A DNA stretch of 64,000 nucleotides. Origin: Balanoglossus misakiensis (lineage: Eukaryota; Animalia; Hemichordata). The position numbers and the translations under genes were made by a program. Positions 26,247 to 38,800 of the stretch are shown piece by piece. The stretch is from positions 710,988 to 774,987 of the forward strand of contig CM082589.2 of NCBI GenBank assembly GCA_040954595.2, written 5' to 3'. Under the pieces are notes generated by a model. That model made no database searches. It was given only the letters and a program-made list of their open reading frames with translations, and had not been told where the DNA came from. Within the stretch, counting starts at the first letter, position 1; each line of letters begins with the position of its first letter.

Positions 26247-29200
26247 TCACTGATCACTTCCGAACAACCAATCAAATAAACGGAAATATGACCTTTTGAC
26301 CACTGAGTCTGCAGCTCTTTGATTGCGACTATGTCGTCTCTCGTTTGCAGCTAAGTTAGCGTACAGGTCTGAGACTTTCCCCCAGACGCCCAGGACATAC
26401 GACTCGATATTGCATTCGTTCTGGCCGCGTATGATCTTGAAGTAACCGTCCTCACCCCATTTCTGACCCCACGAATTGGCACAAAGCTGAAAAGTGGAAA
26501 GCTGAATGTCAGATCATCTGAATACTCCGAGTCCTCAACATACATGAATTCGAAAAAAAAATCTATTATGGTTGACTATCACCCTGTTCTCTCAAAGATA
26601 GATAGAAAGTCGATACATACCCAATATTTCGTTGGACGACCATATGAATTGTATTCTGTTCCCCATCCAATGATTTTGACTGAATGCCAACCACTTTGAC
26701 GATATTGTGGGTCTGCAGCAGCTGTTTCTCTGGTGTAGCTGTATACTCCCTTTTTGTACGTAAAGAAGTCTTCTTTTACCTCGAATGATGCTTTAATAAG
26801 AACAATAATAGTCATTTCACATGTCACTGTGACAACGTCTTTACTTCCTTATTGTGCCATTCATTCATTCATTCATTCATTCATTCATTCATTCATTCAT
26901 TCATTCATTCATTCATTCATTCATTCATTCATTCGTTCATTCATTCATTCAGTCAGTCCCTGTGACACGCCCCACCTACGCAGGGAGAAGGAAAACTGAT
27001 CCAATTACCTTGTAAAGGTCCGTTCCTCATCAGTTCAAATTGTATATCCGTTTCCTGTTAAAGGGAGAAAGTGTTATTTGTTACAGTATGTTCATCACAC
27101 TATTATAGAATCTGCAGATCGATAATTTTCCTCACTGAACTTGTTGATTATAAACCGTTATTTACCGAGCAACTTGACAATTTATAAATCATTTATTGAC
27201 CGACCTTGTCTGATATTTTATAGGGTGGTGTACAGCGATACACACTGTTGTCGAGATGTTTTCCCGCAGGGCAAGAATAGGCATATTTTCCCGGCATCAT
27301 ACACGGTCCTTTCCTGCTACTTTCGCCCTCACCGCTGGTGTACGGGTAACAATTGTCCGAAACGACACTAAAAGTAAACAAAACACGAAAATAAACAGTC
27401 AATTGCAAAAGTATGAAGAAGCAAACGTTTGACTTGCCACAATTTGAGAATAAAGTATTATTCTTTGAGGTAGTTTTTCACAGGGACATTATAGATAATC
27501 ACTTCAAGTTGAGTGTCTTGAGAGCTCACCCTCGTTTTCGCATATACCACCAAGCACGGTCAAGATGGCCACCTTCACAACCACGTTGTCGTCTCGTGTT
27601 GCACGAGATGAGATGTTGGGGCGATAGCATCATTTGCATATTGCCATTTGATTGGATGGACAGTCGGTCTGAAGCAACTCCTGAATGAAGAAAAACAGCG
27701 GAAGAGAAGTAACATTTTAGGTAAAATCTTTTTTTTTACAATTTTTTCTTCTTCATATCTAATCTCTGAATAAAGCTGTGTGGCATAAATTTATGTGTAG
27801 CATATAAAACGAGAAAAGAAACTCCATCTTTACCAACAGTGGAAAACGCCCAGGAACACCCACAATCCCCCTGGTCCATGACGTCATGCACAAGTCCAGG
27901 CCACTTTTCTCTGGCGTCGAAATACTCAGGAATTATTGCCTTGTCATAGTCCATGTCAATGTCCGTCATCCGGGACACTGTTCGGTCAGCTTCTAACGTC
28001 CCGAGACGATGTTTGATTCCGTCGCCGAGTGTCATCCCCCATAGGAAAGAGTAGTTGGATGCCCGCCACCTACGGGCAAAATATGAACGTTACATGCTAT
28101 GAAAAGAGCTCGTTTTCCAGAGTCCTCTCACGAGATTTTACTGACAGGTCAGAAAAGACTTCAGCTAAAGGGTATTGTGCACTGACGAGCGATTTTAGTG
28201 ACAGGAGTACGCTAATTTATGTTTGTGAATTTGTTTGGATGAGAAAACTCGTCACACACAGCAGCATACTTAATACCACCAATGGAGACCCTGCAGCCTG
28301 CTAACTCAAAACGTGCCAGACTAAAATATCCTCTGGATCAGACGGCATGACGTCATAACAAGGAGCGATGTACTTTGCCATAAACGCCAGTCCTGATGTG
28401 GAAGATACAAAGATATAGGTGCAAGGACATTCTTCAGCACCGAAAATAGTTCTTGTCCAAAGTTACCAGTTTGAGAAGAACTTTTTTGCGCTGGATCGTT
28501 AATACCGATTCAGTATATGGCGTCAGTTACACTTACCCATAGTCAGCCTTGTTGACAGCATTAATGAGTTCTGGTCTGACAACGCATGCGTTATTTTCAC
28601 AAGAGAAGGCAAACTTTCCGTCGATCGTCTTCCTGCACGTACTGAAAAATAGAACACGAAAGCCAAAGAATTTGTGGTCATTGAATATTTATTAATTTTT
28701 TTGTATAAATCAACTTGTTTGGTTGAAAACTCTGCAATCCCAAGCATATTCATTGAATTATGTACTGAATGGTCACAGTGAAGCGAATATTCTTTCCTGT
28801 CGTGCCTTACCATTTGTTACAGTTGACATTGATGTCAGCGCCCTCTCTGTAACCAACGCCATCGTGAAAACAGTTGTCTGCAAGGCAAGTAAATAAGAGA
28901 GATCATTTATTATTAAAATGCAAATTGCTATTGTTACGTAAATTTCTATTATGATAATGACCAAACTCGTTCATTATCCATGACACAAAACACCAGGTGC
29001 TACGTACGTTTGTAGTAAAATATAAGTGTCTGATGACCTGAGTGTACATCATTACTATTCAGACACATTTGTAAGAGATGGACTTCCTCCATTTCTCTGA
29101 TCCTTGTTACGCATGTGCGTCAATCCGGTTTAGTATTCCCACGCCAAAATGGCGTCTACGTAATAGTGTATTTATGACGCATGGAAAACCCAGAAGAATA

Positions 29201-32200
29201 TCATTTATCCGGTTGGATCGATGTTTTGTGATTTGGACATGGTTATGTAACAGAGTGATCTGAGCACCGCTGATTTACCAACACCAGTTACTCATACTAG
29301 AAATCATTCAACAAGAGGAACATCTGTATGAAATGCAAGGTAGGTTTTCTATCTTTCAACTTTGACCAAAACTACAGGCATTCTAAACTAACATCCGCAA
29401 ACACACCACAGCAGCTATTTGAGATTCACTGCCTAACTGCGCGCCCTCAAGCGGCTGAAGGAGGCTGTGACGCTGACGATCGGGAACTGTGCCGGCTACT
29501 TGAATGTCTGTCATTGCTTTTATAATCCCCTTCTTTTATCGCATATTTTGATAAAACTCTCAAAGCCAAGAAAGTGGAAGAGGAGACACACATTCCGCGA
29601 GCGGTGTATACACGTGCACGCAATGCGAATCTCGCGAACGCGCAAGGTTTCATGGGAAAGCGGAAGTGCGGAAAACGACCAGACGACGCTGTGCTTTAAC
29701 ACGGAAGAGGTCGATTTTTGCGTCAAAATACGAAGGGCATGTGGTTTTTAAATAAAATGACACCAAGTACTCGTTGATACTCTCACTGGTGAGTACCCCC
29801 ATGTATGTTTTTAGACTGAAATCGGATAGATATCGTAGTTTTTCGTCTGCTATAGCGGCGAGCGATCAGTTGCGCAATGTTTACACGTGTCTAATCCCCT
29901 TGCGGGAACGCTGAAAATCCGTTTGTTTCGTGTTTACGGAAATATTTCGGTGAAATATACTTCAACATATTTTTTGCTGAAGCGTCTATGTTCCTCTGGT
30001 AGAGACAGAATCGGAAAAATACGACGTCCACGAAAATGTAAAGCCGACGTCGCACAGCGGGACTACGCGGACAGCCGGCGGGCGCTGCTCTCTTGGCAGC
30101 CGGGGACATGTACGTTCGCGTCCCGTTGTCTCGTAGCGTCGCCTGGTCATTACAATTTCCCATGAAACCTTGCGCGTTCGCGAGATTCGCATTGGGTGTA
30201 TGGGGGGGGGGGGTGTCTTCTTAAGTGTGATTTTCTTGTGTTGTTTACAATGAATTCCATCCAAAATAATTACAACACATGTCATCCGTAATAATTAAGC
30301 ACGGTAAATCAAATTAACTGCAAAACGTTACTTTCAATATGAAAATTCTGGCAAACAATTTGTTGTTGACCCACCATCTCTTGATCGTCACTTGATACGT
30401 GTTTTTCAATTTGTTGCAGTACCCTCTCCCGCAACGTTTTAGTACAATGCCGACAGACGGCGCCCTTTTAATCCCCCCGCTGATTGACAGATGTATAAAT
30501 GTTCCGCTTTGATTGTGACATCATGCTGTCTGCAAAGGCATCTTGTCTGTAACTGTATTATTCATGACTAGAAAAGCAAAGCGTCGTACGAGCCCTCCTA
30601 TATTGACCCTGTCTGAACACCCTTTCATTGACCTGGGATGACCTCGCACACATCAATCAGTCTGCCGCCGAGACGTACACTATTTACACAATCTGCCGAC
30701 AGTGGTGTCAGAGCGATGACACAATGCAAGTCATAGAGTTAGACAAGTTTTGGTTACGCCGATGTTTAAGTGTTTCATTTTGAACGGACAAAGTTGTGAT
30801 CACTTTTCATTTCTTTTAAACTTTTTACCAAAAACTTAGTTGGTGTCAAAAGTTACTGGACTTATACTCCCATTACAATAAACCGAGCTATGTTAACTGA
30901 TTATAAGATCCAGGGCATTTTCAAAGCCTATAGGAAAAGGTGTGCGTTCGCTTACAGCTGTCCATTCAATTCTATCTTTATTTAATACAACCTAGACAAG
31001 ATACCACGATTCTGGGTCACTACCGAAGTTCGAACACAACAAAACCTTCAATAGCTTCATAGCCTTAATCTCCCTGACTCGACCGTTGATGTGCGACAGC
31101 GTAATTGTTTGCGGGATAAAGACCTGGCGAGATTTTGAGTCGGTCTGACTTAGAATGCAAAAGCGCGTGTAAGAATGCAAAGATTGTTCCTGTGGTTGGT
31201 ATTTTTGGCCGCAGATAAAGGTAGCTAGGTCGAAAGCTGGCTGTGGAATTCAATTCATAACTACGTGTTCTTTTTCAGGGAGACGCTTCTGAAATGCTGA
31301 CGTGGGACTTCAGATGTCTGACCGGGCAACCTGCAAGTCAAAACGGTAGGCCGCTGCGTTGTTGTTTTATTTTAAAACCCATTTAATCAGTTGCTTCGCC
31401 CCAGTTCGCATTTCTTGCGCGTTTCTTATGAGTGGAAACTTCTGCCAATTGCTCAGTCGGTTTAAAGTACGCCAGACATCTATTTGTCTAGTTGTGTAAA
31501 TGGTCTACCACAACATGTAATCACTTATTTCTCGTCCAAATTAGACCACAATACAAAGACCCTAATTGAAGACATTCATCCAAAATCATTATTGTATAAA
31601 TTTTCTCAACGATATGGGCAAACATTTGTTAGTTTTCTCCTGCCTGCGTAATAATATCTTACATTGATTTAAAGTTTCGCTCTGTCGAAATACCATGCGG
31701 GCAAAGAAATCAATCATTTCCACCAAATTGCATAACACATATATCAGCGTCCACTTACACTAATTATGGAAGGGAATTCACTACTAAGTACGTTCAGAAG
31801 CCATACCCACGGTTACCCAAACCATCAGCCGCTACTTTCATCAATTCATTGTCTTCGACTCGTAAATATCACGGTTGCATAAAATAACAGCAAAAAGGGA
31901 CATCGCGGTAACCCAGCTTTTCAGAATATTTTTCCTGGTCGACAAAAGATTGTTCTGTAGTTTAGCATCAAAAAACACCCATCATTGAAGTCATTAGTAG
32001 TAACGCGCAGTTAATGACGCAGATGAAAAAGAAACTGAAATTGATACATGGGACAGAATTCTGAAAGATATCGAGTTGCAGTCAAATTGCAGGACGTAAT
32101 TACTAATAATTCTTGAAATGAAACCGATCATACCACAGATAATGTCTTTTGAACGATATTGAGCAAGACGTATTTTCGTAGATTTGTCGGTCATCTTGAC

Positions 32201-33045
32201 GTCATAGCACTGGATAAGTTTTGGGCCTGAGTTGATAACAATAAGTAAAGTTTTCTGTATGCCAATCTCGAATGCGCGCGAAACAGCTTTTGAGAGCAGA
32301 GCCAAGTGAAAAATATAGACATCGACAATTTCGTTTATACGGAATGCAACTTGAAGTATGATTTCAACTTCCGACTAGTCGTCAAGGCGACGGAAGAAAA
32401 CATACTTACTCTGTAGATTCGGGGGTTCCACTCCTAGACAGAAATCCCAAAAATCTGGGCAACAGTCAACGGCAGTGTGATTACAGAACAAATCACAGTA
32501 GCACAGAACACCCTTGTACGGCACAGTACACCGATCGTCTCGTCCCTCACAACACTGCTGTGGTTTGCGACTTCTGCAATACTGCTCTGTTGTCATGGAG
32601 ACACATAGGACGTAAAGCAATTTCTGTTTGTTCTATGAGTTATTTATATTAATTTGGTCACAGAAGCGTTTTGAAATTATCAGTAGTAAGGCTCCAATTT
32701 CAACTTATATGTAGGGACAACATGGCATTCTGTCATAATTTCTGGTACGTACCATTAATTATGCTTAATTAGTGAAGTCGAATGAAGGAAAATGTACTTA
32801 CGCTCTTGATGCGGGGGCTCCACCCCTAGACAGACACCCCAGAAATCAGGACAGCAGTCAACGGCAGTGTGATTACAGAACAAATCACAGTAGCACAGAA
32901 CATCCTTGTACGGCACAGTACAGCGATCGTCTCTCCCCTGACAACATTTCTCTGGTTGACGATGACTGCAATACTGCGCTGTTGCTATAGAGACACATAG
33001 AACACAAAGCAACGCAGCAACCGCTACGAGATCTGGCCTCTTCAT
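26247..33045 (-). CDS. TINAGL1: Tubulointerstitial nephritis antigen-like protein (SMB domain + papain/cathepsin-B-fold C1A pseudoprotease), 473 aa without the duplicated exon
   Basis: Exons 33045-32802, 28877-28811, 28641-28537, 28069-27834, 27680-27530, 27367-27205, 27054-27009, 26790-26621, 26486-26247 (1422 nt, in frame). Signal peptide, SMB (CCQGRDDRC...CYCDLFCN...DCCPDFW), [36 protein letters not shown] (catalytic Cys replaced by Ser), [15 protein letters not shown]. Confidence 0.92.
26858..26950. repeat. (CATT)n microsatellite in TINAGL1 intron
   Basis: About 23 near-perfect CATT units with one CGTT variant. Confidence 0.95.
29617..30198. mobile_element. MITE (~580 bp) with perfect 39-bp terminal inverted repeats in TINAGL1 intron
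   Basis: CAATGCGAATCTCGCGAACGCGCAAGGTTTCATGGGAAA at 29621-29659 and its exact reverse complement at 30156-30194. The match extends by CACG/CACC. The right flank is TA and the left flank is TG. No transposase ORF. Confidence 0.85.
32410..32620 (-). CDS. Tandem duplicate of the TINAGL1 somatomedin-B exon (alternative/cassette exon or pseudo-exon)
   Basis: 41/45 aa identical to the first copy over the SMB core, all Cys kept, intact GTAAGT donor at 32409. It lacks the original ATG and the first half of the signal peptide. Confidence 0.7.
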
Positions 33046-35416
33046 GTTTTCCCAGTTTTAACCTGAAAATTAAAAAAATACCAAGAAAAAATCAGACACT
33101 GTTTGGTGCATTAGCCTGAGACATTCCATGTCACGTGACTGACAACTCTTGTCTGCTCAAAGACATTCAGCCGACGTATTGACTTCAACATGCAATAGTC
33201 GGCAAGAACACATGTTGATGCCGCGAAGAACGTGCAACAATCTGCACCCCAGTTATTCCGACACCTCAGGTCCTATACACCGACTGATTTTTACAACGGC
33301 GCCCATTTTCTTTGAGGGCACGACAGTCTGGATGTCAAGGCTCTTTAAAGATGGCTTTCCTTTCTTGAAAACATAAAGAAGAACATAAAACTTTTGTCAA
33401 AAGATTGTGCATTAACAACCCCGAGGGCAAAACATGGGTTACTCTCGGCTACATAAGCAACTACAGTTTCTATTAAAGGTGTACTACACTCATTTGACCG
33501 AAGTTTGAAAATCCCAGGGAAAAAGTATAATCCCGGTCAACGAGACACACAAACCTGTTACTGCGGTTAGCCGATCATGCCGTATTAGTTTAAAAGTTTA
33601 CAAGCAAAAGACGCTGAAATTCGTGTACTCGAACGACGTGGAGGAATCTATGATATTGTTGTGGTACTTTAGCCAGCCAACGGGGTATTAAGTAGCCTTA
33701 ACTGTTTTTCCATTCCACAAATGAAAGGGGATTTACTTTACAAACTCTCCCCATTTGATTTACATTATATTACTGAATAAACAGCTCTCGCGGGTATCGC
33801 TGACCCGAAAGCTAAAGCGGTTTTTGTCGGACCCGTGTCAAATGAAATGAATTTGAAACATTTTAAAGTTCTCCAGGCAGCGCGTGAACAGTAGGAGCAC
33901 GAGGTCATTGCATATCGGATAAAACTTTCGCGTGTCACTTTAATAGCTGGTGACACCTTTTCGTGACTGAATATCGATTTCTGATTTACACCCCTCCGCC
34001 ATTTGCAGAATTCAAATCAGATGGTACCCTTTGAATACCTTTGCGTCTAGCACATGTTGAAACCAGACTTTCAGTCCCAAACTGCCAATGAGGCACACGT
34101 ATACGTACATCTGGGGCTCGAATAGGCGTAGAATATGAAAACGTGATGGTATTCTTTTGGTCTAGACACCTTAGGTTGAGGTCACCCGCATTTATATTTT
34201 CTTTTCTTGGTAGGCGTGAACGAGAAACTCCTGTTTACGTAAATCATTGTGATCCAAGGCCACTTTGCGCGGATGCTAAATTCCTGGGTGTTTTTAAAAG
34301 AAAACTTCTAACTTCTGTCAAGGCAAATGAATGAAGTAGTATGATATCCGCGTGGGACGAGGGTATCTTTCTAGTAATCCGGTGATCAAGCTCTGTCCGA
34401 CTCAAGAGAGTTTCATGCGAGGCTAATATGATTTCGAGATTAAGTGAAGTGATTTCTCAGCAATGAAAACAAATTCTGACAACAGCGTGAAATCAATGTT
34501 ACACCGTTTGCGGTGGGTTCTTTGCAGCAGAGACTCTGTGAAAGCGAGTAAAAATGAACATAAAATAAAAGTCCCATGTTGACTGCTTCCCTTGAGAAAT
34601 TTAAGTTATGTGATGTGACATAGTATTAACCTCATCTGACCTGCGAATATCACGTGATTTCTCGCGGGATTTCTCACGCTATTTCTCTCGGGACGAGTGA
34701 GAATCATGTGGAATGTTTTGTCTCGTTATGCTATTAAACTATCAACATAACACTCTCAATCAAAGCTAGCTGCCGTGTCCTTTGCATCATAATTAGATCA
34801 AATTACGTATATAGATGAAGGGATACCAGTGGGTGGATACCGAACCTCACTCATCCGTACTCAAAACATTATATCAAACCGAAAGATTTTGTTTTCATTA
34901 AAGGGACATTAGCTGTAAATTTTAGCTTTATTTCCAGTATTTATGTTGTAAATGCCCTTTCACTCATCGAGATGTAGTACTGTATCCATGGATACGGGTG
35001 GGTGACGGTTTTGTTCAAGTGATAGAGTTAAATCTATCAACAAACTACTTGTTTATAACACCTTCCAGCGCATAAAACTCTCAACAACACATACCGATGT
35101 TGCATTCTTGTCGAGTTTGTTCTAATACCGGCAAAACGCACCAGGGGGAAGTTTCTCGGTAGTTATTTTTGGATTTGCCGTCTTGGATAGGAGCCAAGTG
35201 AGAAGATATTAGACCGGTCCAGGTTTCAGAAGTTGTCTATATGTAGCACGTAGAATGTATTTAGCAAAATGTTGTGTCAACGCACTTGTTGATAGCACGA
35301 CTCGGCAACAATCGCTGTGCAGAGTAAAGTTCAGACCGCGGTCGGAGCTCTCCCGATCCCTGTAGAAGACGCAGCTAAGTTTAGTGTCACTAAGGACAAG
35401 CGGGGAAAAACTTCTT

Positions 35417-35800
35417 TCACATTAGACACGGTCTCAGAGCAGCCATGCATCCTGACACGGCTTTCAAATTATAGATTACTCGGTATACGATGCGACCTTG
35501 AGTGAACAATATCAACAATAAAAGCATAATTCCCACCGTGACCACCACAAAAGTACCCAATAATATCATTGGAGTGTATCGCCATGACGACGTTACATTG
35601 TCCACTATCTTATAACGCGTTAAACTATCGAAACGTTTCGGACGGATATTCATAGTGTGCTGTTGTGCATTTTTATCTTCGACTCCTTTGAAGGAGCTTC
35701 TTTCATCAGCGTTGTTGATGTCTAAATCGAAAACAATAGACAATGTCCTTATTGCTGTATGGCCGGAGGACCCGAGTACCGTAAAAGGGTGTGAGTCGTT
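35417..35800 (-). CDS. Possible terminal exon of a small single-pass membrane protein (or decayed gene)
   Basis: Open frame of ~127 codons with one strong hydrophobic segment, MILLGTFVVVTVGIMLLLLILF, near the C-terminus. The 5' structure is unresolved. Confidence 0.3.
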   Translation of the reverse strand, partial: NDSHPFTVLGSSGHTAIRTLSIVFDLDINNADERSSFKGVEDKNAQQHTMNIRPKRFDSLTRYKIVDNVTSSWRYTPMILLGTFVVVTVGIMLLLLILFTQGRIVYRVIYNLKAVSGCMAALRPCLM

Positions 35801-38800
35801 TTACGGCGTCGTTTTTAGGTGACGTGATATTATCATTGTCATCGAATGGAGAGTCGAAGTTGCTCAGGGACCTTGAAACTCAAAGGAAAGTGGGCCCTTA
35901 ACAATTAAAACCACTTGCAGCTAGACAAAAAGTAGAACGTTGGAACTTTAAACTTTTGTGTCTTGTAATTAGGCTACGATGATTACGATTGTGAACTGGA
36001 ACGACTGGAAGTATTCCCAATTTTGTAAAATCGCCTCACTATTGAAGATAAAAAAAACGCATTTCTAGAGTAAGTACGCAAGCAAAACCCACCTTGAATA
36101 ACAAGGTATGTCCTCTACAGACGAAAATATGCACAGGTAGTTATTTCTTGATGGACGCTCCTTCTTTGACGCGACACGGTTGAATACTAAACCCACAACC
36201 AGATGTCCGGGATCGAATTCCCCGCGATATGGGTGTTCTCCTGGCGATATATACGCGCTATTTGTTGACTCCGATCTGGTCCGGTCCGAGGCAGCACCAA
36301 GCTATCTTACCAGCTGGCCAATGTGCTCCACCAATCCGTGACGTCACTGTCGTCTCGCTTAGGGAATGCCTTGTCAAAGTTGCACACATGGACAAACCGA
36401 ATTTTAGTTTCGTTTCACGTAGTGGGTGTGATGGCAGGAGGCTTGACACGGTCTGTTGTAACAAAAACGGGTGCGTGTGCTATGTAGACCATACATTATT
36501 TTTCCCTTAATGTAAACCACTCCGGATGAATCTTACAAAGTTGTGAAACAAAGTCTAGTTAGTGCTTTAGAGTTTTAAAGTACAGTAAACTCACGTCCCT
36601 TCCATTCTCCGAGTGTCTGAAAGGGCATTTAAGTTTAACATAAAATGAAATGTGTTTGGCCCACGAAATCCCATTTGATGACAGTAGCTATTTAGGTGGG
36701 CGAAGAAGTTCCATTATGGTGTCGGTCGCAGGTGAACTCGTCACATTTAGTAATTCAGTACAAGAATACTTGTGTATATCAACTTGCAATAACCTTCAAA
36801 TTTACACCACTGTGACTAGATTTTTAAACTCGTTTACACTTTACTGAAAATGTCTACCTTTATTTCCAATTGCTTTTGACTATTACACGCATTTCTTCGA
36901 GAAAACATGGAAAAGCGCGTTGTTATTGTTCGTGCCCGGTCATTTTTGGTGTATCGTGATTTTTAGTGTTCACACGGACTTCGGTCATACATTTTTCTCG
37001 CTATACTAAGGATCTAAAAATAAGTTAAGGTGTCACCGATATAATAACACGAATCACGTATCAAATGATTTCGTTTCTATGAACACTTCCTGTCGGTGAG
37101 CAACCTGTATCTTCTCACGCACACCTAATCACGTGACTTTGTAGTAGAGAATAGTACATGCGCAATAGCAAATGAAATGTATTTTGTCAATTATCTTCGA
37201 AATCACTGTAATCCATATTAAGGACAATTATACTAAATGCATATTGACTTCTACTTAACTATTAATGTTGAAGTGGCATTTAAGATTCCATTTCAAGAGA
37301 AACCTTTCTGTGAAGGTCAAACTTTCTTCCGCCCACTCCCATTGCTTTCAAGAAAATTACACCGTCTTGTCATTTAATTGCAAATTGATCGTTGAGGTTA
37401 AGAGTACTCCTCCCAAGGATTTCAGGACTCGCGGCGCCTGAGTAGTTGTGTGGGGCGTTCTGTATGTGAACAATGTAACAAAAACATATTTTGGTCTTGG
37501 AGTTGACCTCTTTGCTATCCCGAGAATTCTACAAAACAAGTATCATACGTGGACACTGCCAATGCTTTGAACGCGTAGATCATCTTTAAAACACGGTCAA
37601 TGGACCGCTGTCATCGCGAACAAGAATCAAATACTTTACTCGACCGTGGCGTTTCGATATTCGCAATGAAGTATAGTTGACATTCTGTTGATGACGCGGG
37701 TCGGTGGTACTATGTCTAAGCACGGTCATTGTCTCTTCTGAAAACTTATGCGTGATATGCGATTCATCCATACCACGAAAAACTCTTTCTGGTTCAATAA
37801 CTTATCAAATTTTAACAGTCGTTGTCAGAAAGACCAAACGGTCAGCGCATGTGGAGTGGGAGAGCGCCCCCTACCATCCACACTTCTGAGACATTCTGAT
37901 CTATGACGCTCACAATCTCGAAAACATACGTATACTTACCTGTTGCTAAACCACTGATGTTAAATCATCATTATTGTTCAGTATACTTCTATTTATTGTC
38001 GCCGCTTTGTGTCCACTTCAGCAATAAAACAAATATATGCTTTCGGTATTCGAGTTTAATGAGATTTCTTTCAAGTGGCCTTACATGCATGAACGCTCTC
38101 ATTCTACCGGCAGCGTTACGAGACCGAACGAGATTATGACTGCTCATATTAAATCAGGAATTTTCTCCCATTATGTGTAAGTTGGACAGTTTTTAGGAAT
38201 ATATTTCAGGTGGTAGTGTGCTATACACTTCGATGAAAAGAAGCATTTTTGATAAAAGGCATTTCAGCACATCCGATATCAAATATCAAATAAAAGCAGT
38301 CCCTGTATACTAGTGTAATTGTAATTTTTTTATTAAGCTAAAGGGCCCATATGTCGAGATTAGCTGTTACAAACCAAAAAAATAATAAATTCACAAGTGT
38401 GTCAAGTGGTGATATGACGTCATCAGGACTGAAGTAGTGCACAAACACCAGCGAGTTGTGAAATCTAATTCGAAGAGCAAATAGTCATCTTATTTCTGAT
38501 ATATTAACTATCCAATCGAATGTTCGTCAAATTTGAAATAATTCACTTCACTGTCATTGTGATACCTCTTGACGACAGTGACGGTCACGTGGTCTTCATC
38601 AGCAATACATACTCACAGCATGAAATATCCGAGTACAATTCACCCATTCTTCTGGTAACATATGTGTGATGTTTCTTAGTCCAGTGTTTTCAAATTAGAA
38701 TTTATAAAATTGGCCTGGAAACGAGACAACCTGGTGCCAAGAGATTTTTGTTGGTTTTGGCACGAAAGTTCAAGTGGTACTTGACGACATGAGGTTGTCA

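Noticed and set aside
26754-26999. ORF with IHSF repeats
   Set aside because: Translation of the (CATT)n microsatellite.
29467-30285. Two ORFs sharing [12 protein letters not shown] on opposite strands
   Set aside because: Artefact of the MITE terminal inverted repeats; no transposase motifs.
36165-36230. B-box-like GGATCGAATTCCC suggesting tRNA/SINE
   Set aside because: No cloverleaf or convincing A box could be built.
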